This document shows, one piece after another, positions 20,209 through 28,939 of a stretch of 64,000 nt of DNA; the first letter of the stretch is position 1; each line of letters opens with the position of its first letter. A program made the translations under genes and the position numbers. Below the pieces are notes generated by a model that was given only the letters and a program-made list of their open reading frames with translations, did not search any database and was not told the origin of the DNA. The stretch comes from Candidatus Eiseniibacteriota bacterium (GTDB taxonomy: Bacteria; Eisenbacteria; RBG-16-71-46): the NCBI GenBank assembly GCA_044223005.1, contig JBGAML010000012.1:64001-128000 (forward strand), read 5' to 3'.

Positions 20209-21807
20209 ATGCCGGGCCGTCAGGCACTGATCGCACTCGCGTTGCTCGTCGCTCTCACGGGAGCCGCCACCGAGACCCGCGCCCAGTGCATGCTCGCGAA
20301 CCCCAGCTTCGAGATCGCCGGCAGCAGCGGCGCGACCTTCGCCGGCTGGTCCCAGTTCGGCACCGTCCTGTCGTCCTCGTCGGCCCCGCACGGCCACAAG
20401 TCGGCGCTCGTCGTGGGCCCGAGCACGAACGCGTGGGACGTCGCCGGCGTGTGGCAGTCGCTGGACTGCACGCCCGGCCAGCAGTGGACCGCGACCGTGC
20501 TCGTCGAGCACCCGTCCTCGGCGCCGCTCACCACGGGCTGCCAGGCGCTGCTCAACATCGAGTGGCGCGACTCGGGCGGAAACCTGATCTCCTACGAGTC
20601 GCACACGCTGGCCGACGCCGGAACGCCCGCCGACACGTGGCGACAGGTGCCGGTGACGAGCGGCACGGCGCCCGCGGGCACCGCGTCGATCCACTTCCTG
20701 CTCGGTGTCCTGCACGCGCCCGGCGCGGCGGTCCCGCAGGTGCTGTTCGATTCGCCCACGTGCGACCTCGTCTCGCCCTCGCTCTCGAGCTACCAGTGGG
20801 GCGACTTCGGCGGTGGCCGCACGATCAGCTTCTCCGGCCGCACGTGGCGCGTGAAGGGCCCGGGCTACTACGGCCCCGGCCCGAACTCGTTCGATAACGG
20901 CACGGGCGCGGTGTTCCTCGACGCGAACGGACGGCTCCACCTCACGATCCACAAGATCGGCGCCGTCTGGTGGAGCAGCGAGGTCGCGCTCGACCAGGTG
21001 CTGGGCTACGGCGACTACGTCTTCACCACGCGCGGGCACCTCGAGACGTTCGACCGCAACGCGGTGCTCGGGATGTTCCTCTGGGAATACGGTCCCTGCT
21101 ACAACACGAGCTACCTGTGGTGGAACCCCTACAACGAAATCGACGTCGAGATCAGCCGCTGGGGCAACGCCGCGAACGCGAACGCGCAGTTCGTCGCGCA
21201 ACCGGCCGGCACCGGCGCGGTCTCCCGCTTCAACGTCGCCGCGGGGGACACCGAGCTCGTGAGCCACGCCATGCGCTGGCTGCCGGACCGGGTCGAGTAC
21301 CGCTGCTGGCGCGGCGGACCGTCGGCCGAGTCCGCGGCCAACATGATCGCGTCGTGGACCTACACCGGCCCCTACCTGCCGCGGCCCGAGATCCCGCGCG
21401 TGCATCTCAACTTCTGGCAGCTCGCCGCGCCCACGGTGACGCAGGAGGCCGTGTTCGAGTCTTTCGTGTTCCGCTCCGCGTGCCCGAGCGAGAACTGCGG
21501 CGCGCTCGCCGCGGATCCGCTGCCGGTACGCACGGGGTTGCGGCTGCTCGCGTCGCCCAATCCGGCCGCCTCGCGCTCGTGGATCCGCTTCTCGGTACCG
21601 GTCTCGGGCCCCGCCCGCGTGGCGGTGTACGACGTCACGGGCCGGCACGTGCGGACGCTGTGGGACCGCACGGCGGAATCCGGCGAGCATGCGGTCGAGT
21701 GGGACGCGCGCGGCGAGTCCGGCGCGCGCGTGGCGGCGGGTGTGTACCTGGTGCGGCTGCAGGCCGCGGGCGCGACGGCGACGGCGCGCATGGTGGTCGT
21801 TCGGTGA
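20209..21807 (+). CDS. Secreted modular protein: CBM4/CBM16-like module + GH16-like domain + FlgD-Ig/T9SS-like CTD
   Basis: GAGGAG RBS; signal peptide; LANPSFE; ISFSGRTWRVK, GPGPNSF, LGYGDY, NEIDVEISRWG (ExDxE), VHLNFW; CTD with VYDVTGRHV and AGVYLVRL. Confidence 0.78.
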   Translation: MPGRQALIALALLVALTGAATETRAQCMLANPSFEIAGSSGATFAGWSQFGTVLSSSSAPHGHKSALVVGPSTNAWDVAGVWQSLDCTPGQQWTATVLVEHPSSAPLTTGCQALLNIEWRDSGGNLISYESHTLADAGTPADTWRQVPVTSGTAPAGTASIHFLLGVLHAPGAAVPQVLFDSPTCDLVSPSLSSYQWGDFGGGRTISFSGRTWRVKGPGYYGPGPNSFDNGTGAVFLDANGRLHLTIHKIGAVWWSSEVALDQVLGYGDYVFTTRGHLETFDRNAVLGMFLWEYGPCYNTSYLWWNPYNEIDVEISRWGNAANANAQFVAQPAGTGAVSRFNVAAGDTELVSHAMRWLPDRVEYRCWRGGPSAESAANMIASWTYTGPYLPRPEIPRVHLNFWQLAAPTVTQEAVFESFVFRSACPSENCGALAADPLPVRTGLRLLASPNPAASRSWIRFSVPVSGPARVAVYDVTGRHVRTLWDRTAESGEHAVEWDARGESGARVAAGVYLVRLQAAGATATARMVVVR

Positions 21808-21859
21808 AATCGAAGACGCGCCTCCCGCACGCGCGGGTCCGGCGCGAGAGGAGCGTTCG

Positions 21860-24800
21860 GTGAGTCACGGGCGGTTGGGCGAGGACGGCAGCGAACAACC
21901 CGGGCGGCGTGCCCGGGACACGGCGGGAACGTCGGCCGGTGGCGCCGCGGCGGCGGTCGAGCGCGCGGCGTTCGAGCGCCGAGACGGCGAATCGTGGGCC
22001 CGGATCGAGGGCTTCGACGGCCGGCCGCCGTTCCTCATGAACGTGCCCACGGACACGGACCTCTGGATGTTCCTCTCGTCGGCGGGCGGCCTCACCGCGG
22101 GCCGGCGGGATCCCGACGGCGCGCTGTTCCCCTACGACACCGTCGACCGCCTGCACGACGCGCATCACCACACGGGTCCCGTGACGCTCGTGCGCGTGCG
22201 CCGCGGCGCCCGCGCGGCCCGCGTGTGGGAGCCGTTCGCGGAACGCGACCTCCCCGCGCCCGGCATCGCGCGCACGCTGCGCAAGAACGCCACGGGCAAC
22301 CGCGTCGAGTTCGAGGAGATCGACCGCGACGCGGCGCTCGCGTTCCGCTACCGCTGGTCCGGCAGCGACGCCACCGGCTGGGTGCGTACGGCGTGCCTCG
22401 AGAACCTCGGCGGCGAGCCGGTCGAACTCGCGGTGCTGGACGGCCTGCGCAACCTGCTCCCGAGCGGGGTGCCGCTCGCCCTCATGCAGCATTCGAGCTG
22501 CCTCGTGGACGCCTACAAGCGCGTCGACGTGGACGCGGCCACGGGCTTGGCGACGATCGCGCTCACCGCGCGGATCAGCGACCGGCCCGAGCCCGCGGAG
22601 GAACTGCGCGCGAGCGTGGCGTGGTGTGCGGGACTCCCCGGCGCACGCGTGACGCTCGCGGCCGACGCCGCACGCCGGTTCCGCCGCGGCGAGCCGTTCG
22701 CCGCCGAGACCGCGAGCAAGGGCCGGCGCGGCCACTACTTCGTGCATGCGACGCGCACCCTTGAACCCGGCGCGACGCTGGAATGGCACCTCGGGATCGA
22801 CACCGGCCGCAGCCACGCCGACGTCGCGCGCCTGCGCGCGCGGCTCGCACAGCCGGAGCGGGCCGTGGCGTGGATCCACGATTCGCTGCGTTCGGCCACC
22901 GAGAACCTCCAGCGCGTCGTCGGCAGCGCGGATGGGCTGCAGTTCACCGCCCGCGACGAGACGCACGTGCACCACTTCGCGAACGTGCTCTTCAACGTCC
23001 TGCGCGGCGGCGTGTTCCTGCGCAACCACGCGATCCCGGTCGCCGACTTCACCTCGTTCCTGCACACGCGCAACCGCGCGCTCGCCGCGCGCCACGCGGC
23101 ACGCCTCGCGGACACGCCGGAGACGATCGAGATCGCCGCGCTGCACCGGATCGCCGAGGAGTCGGGGGATCCCGACTTCCGCCGGATCGCGCTCGAGTAC
23201 CTGCCACTCTACTTCGGCCGCCGGCACGGCGACCCGAGCCGGCCGTGGAATCGTTTCGCGATCCGCGTCCGCAACACCGACGGCAGCCAGGCGCTCCGCT
23301 TCGAGGGCAACTGGCGCGACGTGTTCCAGAACTGGGAAGCGCTGACGCGCAGCTTCCCCGGGTTCCTGCCGGGCGTCATCGCGCGCTTCCTGAACGGCTC
23401 GACCGCCGACGGCTTCAACCCGTATCGCATCACGCGGGACGGCGTGGAGTGGGAGGTGCTGGACCCCGATCACCCGTGGAGCGGCATCGGCTACTGGGGC
23501 GACCACCAGGTCGTCTACCTCCTGCGCCTGCTCGAGTCATTGCGTGACCACTTCCCCGGCGCGCTCGAGGAGATGCTGGGGCAGGAGATCTTCGGCTACG
23601 CGGACGTGCCGTACCGGCTCAAGCGCCACCGCGAAATGCTCGTCACGCCGCGCGCGACGATCCAGTTCGATCGCGAGCGCGACCGGCTGGTCGCGTCCCG
23701 CGTCGCCGCGAACGGCAACGACGGCACGCTGCTCCACGACGCCGACGGGCGCGTGCACCGCGCGTCGCTGGCGGAGAAGCTGCTCGTCCCCGCGCTCGCC
23801 AAGCTGTCGTGCCTCGTTCCCGAGGGCGGCATCTGGATGAACACCGAGCGCCCCGAATGGAACGACGCGAACAACGCCCTTGTGGGCAGCGGGCTCTCCG
23901 TCGTGACCGCGAACCACCTTCGCCGCTACCTCGCGTTCGTGGAGACGCTCGTCGCCGGCACGCCGGCGGCGACGTGGCCGGTGGCCGCGGAGGTCGTCGA
24001 ATGGCTGCGGCGCGTGCGCGGTACGCTGGAGCGGCGGCGCGGCGAACTCGCGGCCCCGCTCGACGACGCCGCGCGCATGGCGTGGATGCACGAGCTGGGT
24101 GAGGCGTTCTCGGATTACCGCGAGCGCCTCTACGCGCACGGGCTCTCCGGCACGCTGCCGCTGGCCGGCGACGAGATCGCCGCGACCTGCCGGCTCGCGT
24201 GCGAGGCGCTGGACCACACGCTGCGCGCCAACCGGCGCCCCGACGCGCTGCACCACGCGTACAACCTGCTCGAGACCGACGCCGGCTTCACGCGCGCGGC
24301 AGTGCGTCCGCTGTCGCTGATGCTCGAGGGCCAGGTCGCCGCGCTCGCGTCCGGCACGCTGCCCGCCGCCGACGCGACCCGGACCGTGGAGGGGCTCTTC
24401 CACTCGCCGCTCCACCGCGCGGACCAGGACAGCTTCATGCTCTATCCCGACCGCGAGCTGCCGGCGTTCACCGCCCGCAACCACGTGCCGGACGACGCGG
24501 CGGCGCGTGTGCCGTTGGTCGCCGAACTGCTCGCCGCGGGCGTGGGTTCGGTGCTGGAGCGCGATGCCGAGGGCGTGCTGCGCTTCCACCCCGACTTCCA
24601 TGGCGCGCCCGACCTCGCGGCCGCGCTCGACCGCCTCGCGACCGAACCGCTCTGGGCAGCCCCGGTCGCGCGCGATCGCGCCGCGATGCTCGAGCTGTTC
24701 GAGGCCACGTTCCACCACCGCACGTTCACGGGCCGTTCGGGCACGATGTACGCGTACGAAGGCCTGGGCTCGATCTACTGGCACATGGTCGCCAAGCTGC

Positions 24801-25384
24801 TGCTCGCGGTGCAGGAGTCCGAACGCGAGGCGCGCGAGCGCGGTGACGACGCGAGCGTGACCGAGTCGCTGCGCCGGCAGTACTTCCGCATCCGCGAAGG
24901 TCTCGGGTACGCGAAGCCCGCCTCCGTCTACGGCGCCTTCCCCACCGATCCCTACTCGCACACGCCCGCCGGCGCCGGCGCGCAGCAGCCCGGGATGACG
25001 GGGCAGGTGAAGGAGGAGATCCTCACCCGCTTCGGCGAACTGGGCCTGCGGCTGCGCGAGGGTCTGGTCGCGTTCGAGCCGGTGCTGCTGCGGCGGGAGG
25101 AGTTCCTCGCCGAGCCGGCCCCGTTCGCGTACTTCGACGCCGGCGGCCGGGCGTGCACGCTCGAGGTGCCACGGGGCGGACTCGCCTTCACGTACTGCGG
25201 CGTGCCGGTCGTCTACACGCGCACGCGCGGCGCGGCCGGCGTGCGGATCACGCGCGCGAACGGCGAGCAGGCCGAGCGCCCCGGGAACGTGCTGCCGGCG
25301 GCGGAGAGCGCCGAACTGCTCGCGCGCAGCGGGACGATCACCCGCATCGACGTGGGCATTCCCGAGGACGCGCTGCGCGACTGA
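21860..25384 (+). CDS. GH149 beta-1,3-glucan phosphorylase
   Basis: WMFLSSAGGLTAGR, ALFPY, FGRRHGDPSRPWNRF, EGNWRDVFQNWEAL, DGFNPYRI, GYWGDHQ, RPEWNDANNAL, FTGRSGTMYAYEGLGSIYWHM, GAFPTDPYSHTP, QQPGMTGQVKEE. Confidence 0.88.
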   Translation: MSHGRLGEDGSEQPGRRARDTAGTSAGGAAAAVERAAFERRDGESWARIEGFDGRPPFLMNVPTDTDLWMFLSSAGGLTAGRRDPDGALFPYDTVDRLHDAHHHTGPVTLVRVRRGARAARVWEPFAERDLPAPGIARTLRKNATGNRVEFEEIDRDAALAFRYRWSGSDATGWVRTACLENLGGEPVELAVLDGLRNLLPSGVPLALMQHSSCLVDAYKRVDVDAATGLATIALTARISDRPEPAEELRASVAWCAGLPGARVTLAADAARRFRRGEPFAAETASKGRRGHYFVHATRTLEPGATLEWHLGIDTGRSHADVARLRARLAQPERAVAWIHDSLRSATENLQRVVGSADGLQFTARDETHVHHFANVLFNVLRGGVFLRNHAIPVADFTSFLHTRNRALAARHAARLADTPETIEIAALHRIAEESGDPDFRRIALEYLPLYFGRRHGDPSRPWNRFAIRVRNTDGSQALRFEGNWRDVFQNWEALTRSFPGFLPGVIARFLNGSTADGFNPYRITRDGVEWEVLDPDHPWSGIGYWGDHQVVYLLRLLESLRDHFPGALEEMLGQEIFGYADVPYRLKRHREMLVTPRATIQFDRERDRLVASRVAANGNDGTLLHDADGRVHRASLAEKLLVPALAKLSCLVPEGGIWMNTERPEWNDANNALVGSGLSVVTANHLRRYLAFVETLVAGTPAATWPVAAEVVEWLRRVRGTLERRRGELAAPLDDAARMAWMHELGEAFSDYRERLYAHGLSGTLPLAGDEIAATCRLACEALDHTLRANRRPDALHHAYNLLETDAGFTRAAVRPLSLMLEGQVAALASGTLPAADATRTVEGLFHSPLHRADQDSFMLYPDRELPAFTARNHVPDDAAARVPLVAELLAAGVGSVLERDAEGVLRFHPDFHGAPDLAAALDRLATEPLWAAPVARDRAAMLELFEATFHHRTFTGRSGTMYAYEGLGSIYWHMVAKLLLAVQESEREARERGDDASVTESLRRQYFRIREGLGYAKPASVYGAFPTDPYSHTPAGAGAQQPGMTGQVKEEILTRFGELGLRLREGLVAFEPVLLRREEFLAEPAPFAYFDAGGRACTLEVPRGGLAFTYCGVPVVYTRTRGAAGVRITRANGEQAERPGNVLPAAESAELLARSGTITRIDVGIPEDALRD

Positions 25385-25550
25385 GCGGGTGCGGCCTTGA
25401 GCCGCACCCGGCCGGCGCGCCATACTTACCCCCCCTCGCTTCCGCCGGGGTGGGTGCGTCCGCATCCGCTGCGCCGGGGGCGCCGTGCCGATCCGTCCTG
25501 CGAGCGTGCCGTGAGGCCGTGCGCCGTGGCGGAGCGAGCCAGGAGGTTCC

Positions 25551-26132
25551 GTGTCCCATCCCGCGATCCGGATCGCGCGCCCCGCGGACCGCGCTGCGAT
25601 CGACGCCATCTACGCCCACTACGTCCGCACGTCGACCTGCACCTACGACGAGGAACCGCCCACCGACGCCGAGCGCGCGGCGTGGTTCGAGGCCCACGGA
25701 CCATCGCACCCGGTGACCGTGCTCGAGCAGGACGGCGAGATCGTCGGCTGGGCGTCGCTCTCGCCGTGGAGAGCGCGGTCGGGCTACCGCCGGAGCGCCG
25801 AACTGTCGGTCTACCTGCGCCCGGACGCCTGCGGGCGCGGACTCGGGCGCACGCTCCTCGCCGACCTCGTCGAGCGCGCCGAGGCACTCGGCGTCCACGC
25901 GCTGATCGGCGGCATTTCCGCCGACCAGGCGCCGAGCATCCGCCTGCACGAACGGATGGGATTCACGCGCGTGGCGCACCTCCGCGAGGTGGGTTTCAAG
26001 TTCGGGCGCTGGCTCGACGTCGTCTACTACCAGCGCCGGCGGGCCGCCCGAAGGCGGCCCGCCGGCGCATCACGGCCTGCGGCAGGGCCTACAGCCGCAC
26101 CATCCGCTCCGACTTCACGCCGAAGGGCGTGA
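25551..26132 (+). CDS. GNAT N-acetyltransferase, phosphinothricin/YncA(MddA)-like
   Basis: IYAHYV, T.DEEPP, GYRRSAELSVY, GRGLG, SIRLHERMGF, VGFKFGRWLD; AGGAGG RBS. Confidence 0.9.
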   Translation: MSHPAIRIARPADRAAIDAIYAHYVRTSTCTYDEEPPTDAERAAWFEAHGPSHPVTVLEQDGEIVGWASLSPWRARSGYRRSAELSVYLRPDACGRGLGRTLLADLVERAEALGVHALIGGISADQAPSIRLHERMGFTRVAHLREVGFKFGRWLDVVYYQRRRAARRRPAGASRPAAGPTAAPSAPTSRRRA

Positions 26133-28677
26133 CGAGCCGCACGAAGTAGACGCCCGAGCGCACGGCGCCGCCGTCGCTCGACCGTCCCTCCCAGCGCACG
26201 GAACGCGTGCCGGCCGCGAACTCGCCGTCCTGCGCCCACACGCGGCGCCCCGAGAGGTCGAGCACCTCGAGCCGCACGTGCGCGTCCCGAGGGAGCGTGA
26301 ACGACAGCACGGCCGCGCCGCTTGCCGGGTTCGGCTGCGGACGTGCGAGCGCGAGCGCGCCCGGCCGGTTCGCCGGAGCGTCGTCGGTCTCGGGGCCGCC
26401 GAGCGGCGCGAGCGCGAACGCCCCACCGCCGGTGACCGCGACGTTGTCGATCGCGACCTTGGGCCGCGAGCCCGTCGTGCCGCCCGTGCCGTTGTGGTAG
26501 TAGAACCGGATCCGCGCGCTGGGCGAGTTGCCGAACGACGCCGGCAGCGCGACGCTGGTGATGCTGCCCGAACCGGCGACGTTGTTCGTGAAGTTGAGCA
26601 CGTCGGCCGCGGCCAGTTCGGTGAACGTCGCACCGTCGATGCTGGTGTAGACGCGCAGCGAGCCCTTGCGGTCGCCCGTCGAGTTGAACACCGTCTGCCA
26701 GCTGTAGCTCAGGGTACCGGCGGCGATCCCGGTGAAGTCGAGGAACAGGTCGATCGCGTCGGCGGAGCTGTTGTCGGTCGTGCCCGTCGAGAGCAGCTGG
26801 ATGTTGCCTGTGCCCTTCTGGACGCCACCCGTCGTACCGGTCACGAACGTCGCCGTGCTCGCGGTGGTGTGGATGCCGTCCGGGATCGTCCCCGAGCCCT
26901 GCACGGGCACCGAGCCCCAGCGATTCGCGCCCACGCCGCTTGCGAAGTTGTTCGTCCAGTTCGCGATGTCCCCGAAGGCCTCGAGGTAGTTGCCGCTCGC
27001 CATCGGCCACGGCACGGCGGTGCCGTTGCTGAAGCTCGCGCTGAGGGTGTGGTTGGCCTGCACGTTCGTGAACGTGTAGGTCGTGACGGCACCGACCGAC
27101 GCGCCGTCCACGATCACGTTTGCGACGTGGTAGCCGCCGTTGGCCGTGATCGTGAACGCCTGGTTCGCGCCCGCGGTCACCGCGACCGCGCCACTGGGCG
27201 ACACCGTGCCGTTGCTGCCGGCGGACGCCGTGATGGTGTAGGTGGTGGCGTTGGCGGCGAACGTCGCCGCGATCGTGTGGCTCGCCGTCACGTTGGTGAA
27301 CGTGTAGGTCGTGACCGCACCGACCGACGCGCCATCCACCGTCACGGCGTTCACGTGGTAGCCCGTGTTGGCGGTGATCGTGAACGCCTGGTTCGCGCCC
27401 TGGACCACGGCGACGGCGCCGCTCGGGCTGATCGTGCCGTTGGTGCCGGCCGACGCGGTGATCGTCCAGCGGTCGATCGTGAAGTTGGCGGCACTGGCGC
27501 CGGCGCCCGAGTTTCCCGCGGCGTCGCGTGCGGTGGCGCGCACGCGCACCGTGGCGCTCGGCGCGTTCGGCACGGTCCAGGCGTACGTGCCCGTGTTCGA
27601 GAGGCCGGTGGCGATCGTGTTCGGGTACGTCGCCCCGCCGTCGGTCGAGTACGCGAGGTCGACGGCCGTCACGCCGACGTTGTCGCTCGCGGTCCACGTG
27701 ATCGCGTGCGACGAGCCGGCCTTCCAGGTCTCGCCGCCCACGGGCGACGTCACGCTGACGGTCGGCGCCGTGACGTCACCCGCCGTCCGCCGCGACGCCC
27801 AGAGCGACGCGTTGAGGAACAGCGTGCCGTCGCTCGCGCCGGCTTCCGTCCAGCCGTTGTAGAGCGAGTTGCCCGAGGCGCCGGTGCCGTCGTCGGCAGG
27901 CGAGCTGTCGCCCACGAACACGACGCGCCCGTTGCCGTAGACGGCCGACGCGCACATCACGTTCGACGTGCTCGTCTGGGCGGTCCCGGTCGTCCACACC
28001 TCGCCACGAACGCTGGCGTTGACCGCGGGATAGAGCACCATCGTGGTGCCGTTGTGGTACGCGAGACCCGTGACGTTGCCCACCGGCCCGCGCGTGATGG
28101 AATCGCTGGCCACGGCGCGCACGTTGGTGGAGGTCTGCACGATGTTGTTGTTCGGCTCGCCGCTCACGTTGAAGTGGACGCCCAGCAGGTGCGTCGGGTC
28201 GAGGTTGTTCCAGATGGCCGGGGAATCCCAGCCGTCGCTGTTGCGATCGGAGCCCGTGTGGTCCGAGATCGCCACGAGGCCGCCACCGTTGGCGAGGAAG
28301 CTGAAGATCGCCGACGCCTCGGCCGCGGTGAACACGGTGTTGGGTTCGTCGATCACGAGCAGGTCGTAGTTCGTGAGATCGCGCGCGTTGCCGGCGTTGC
28401 CGTAGGTCAGCGCGCTCGTGTTGGTCTCCACCGTGTAGCCCCGCTGGACGAGGGCGACGCCCCACGCGGACAGAGCGCCGGTCCAGAACGTCTCGGTACT
28501 CGAACCCGTGATGCCGCTCTGCGCCGGCGACGGCGTCGGGAAGTTGTTGTCGATCACCCAGTCGGCGTTACCGGCCTGCTCGGCGTGGGCGTTGTCGAAC
28601 AGCGCTTTCTTGGCGGCGAAGGCGGGGGATGCGGCCAGCAGGACGGCCAGCATCGCGATCAGCAGCTTGAAGCGCAT
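26089..28677 (-). CDS. Large secreted multidomain protein (GATase-like/DUF4350-type N domain, Ig-like, two InlB-B-like repeats, jelly-roll, FlgD-Ig/T9SS-like CTD)
   Basis: Signal peptide ending SPAFA; LFDNAHAEQAGNADWVID, EPN, SDHTGSDRN, GRVVFVGDSSP; SPVGGETW Ig domain; CTD QPNP...VLDLSGRRV...SGVYFVRL. Confidence 0.78.
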   Translation of the reverse strand: MRFKLLIAMLAVLLAASPAFAAKKALFDNAHAEQAGNADWVIDNNFPTPSPAQSGITGSSTETFWTGALSAWGVALVQRGYTVETNTSALTYGNAGNARDLTNYDLLVIDEPNTVFTAAEASAIFSFLANGGGLVAISDHTGSDRNSDGWDSPAIWNNLDPTHLLGVHFNVSGEPNNNIVQTSTNVRAVASDSITRGPVGNVTGLAYHNGTTMVLYPAVNASVRGEVWTTGTAQTSTSNVMCASAVYGNGRVVFVGDSSPADDGTGASGNSLYNGWTEAGASDGTLFLNASLWASRRTAGDVTAPTVSVTSPVGGETWKAGSSHAITWTASDNVGVTAVDLAYSTDGGATYPNTIATGLSNTGTYAWTVPNAPSATVRVRATARDAAGNSGAGASAANFTIDRWTITASAGTNGTISPSGAVAVVQGANQAFTITANTGYHVNAVTVDGASVGAVTTYTFTNVTASHTIAATFAANATTYTITASAGSNGTVSPSGAVAVTAGANQAFTITANGGYHVANVIVDGASVGAVTTYTFTNVQANHTLSASFSNGTAVPWPMASGNYLEAFGDIANWTNNFASGVGANRWGSVPVQGSGTIPDGIHTTASTATFVTGTTGGVQKGTGNIQLLSTGTTDNSSADAIDLFLDFTGIAAGTLSYSWQTVFNSTGDRKGSLRVYTSIDGATFTELAAADVLNFTNNVAGSGSITSVALPASFGNSPSARIRFYYHNGTGGTTGSRPKVAIDNVAVTGGGAFALAPLGGPETDDAPANRPGALALARPQPNPASGAAVLSFTLPRDAHVRLEVLDLSGRRVWAQDGEFAAGTRSVRWEGRSSDGGAVRSGVYFVRLVTPFGVKSERMVRL
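27028..27468 (-). repeat. Intragenic tandem repeat, 2 copies with 228-nt (76 aa) period
   Basis: TITASAG.NGT.SPSGAVAV..GANQAFTITAN.GYHV..V.VDGASVGAVTTYTFTNV occurs twice; TGGTTCGCGCCC at 27161 and 27389. Confidence 0.9.
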
Positions 28678-28760
28678 CGGGGACCTTCCCATCCTGGGGT
28701 AGGCATGCGCGGCGCGGCGGCCTCTCCGCCGTCACCGGGGTGCGTGGGGGACCGCTGCGC

Positions 28761-28815
28761 ATATTAGGCAACGCCCGGTCACGCACCCAAGAACGCGACG
28801 TGACGAAGCGGTGAC
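28761..28815 (-). promoter_or_regulatory. 11-bp-period GTCAC repeats upstream of -10 TAATAT; candidate Pho-box-like promoter
   Basis: Minus-strand GTCAC at 28811-28815 and 28800-28804, GTGAC at 28778-28782, TAATAT at 28761-28766. Confidence 0.4.
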
Positions 28816-28939
28816 GGCGCAGCGGGAGTTCGGCACCACGTGACACGCCCGAGCGTCGCCGCCGCGGCGCTCCCGCGAGTGAACGCACCGCGGGCGCGGA
28901 CCCTGTCGGATCCGCGCCCGCGTCGTGCGTCGGCCGGCG

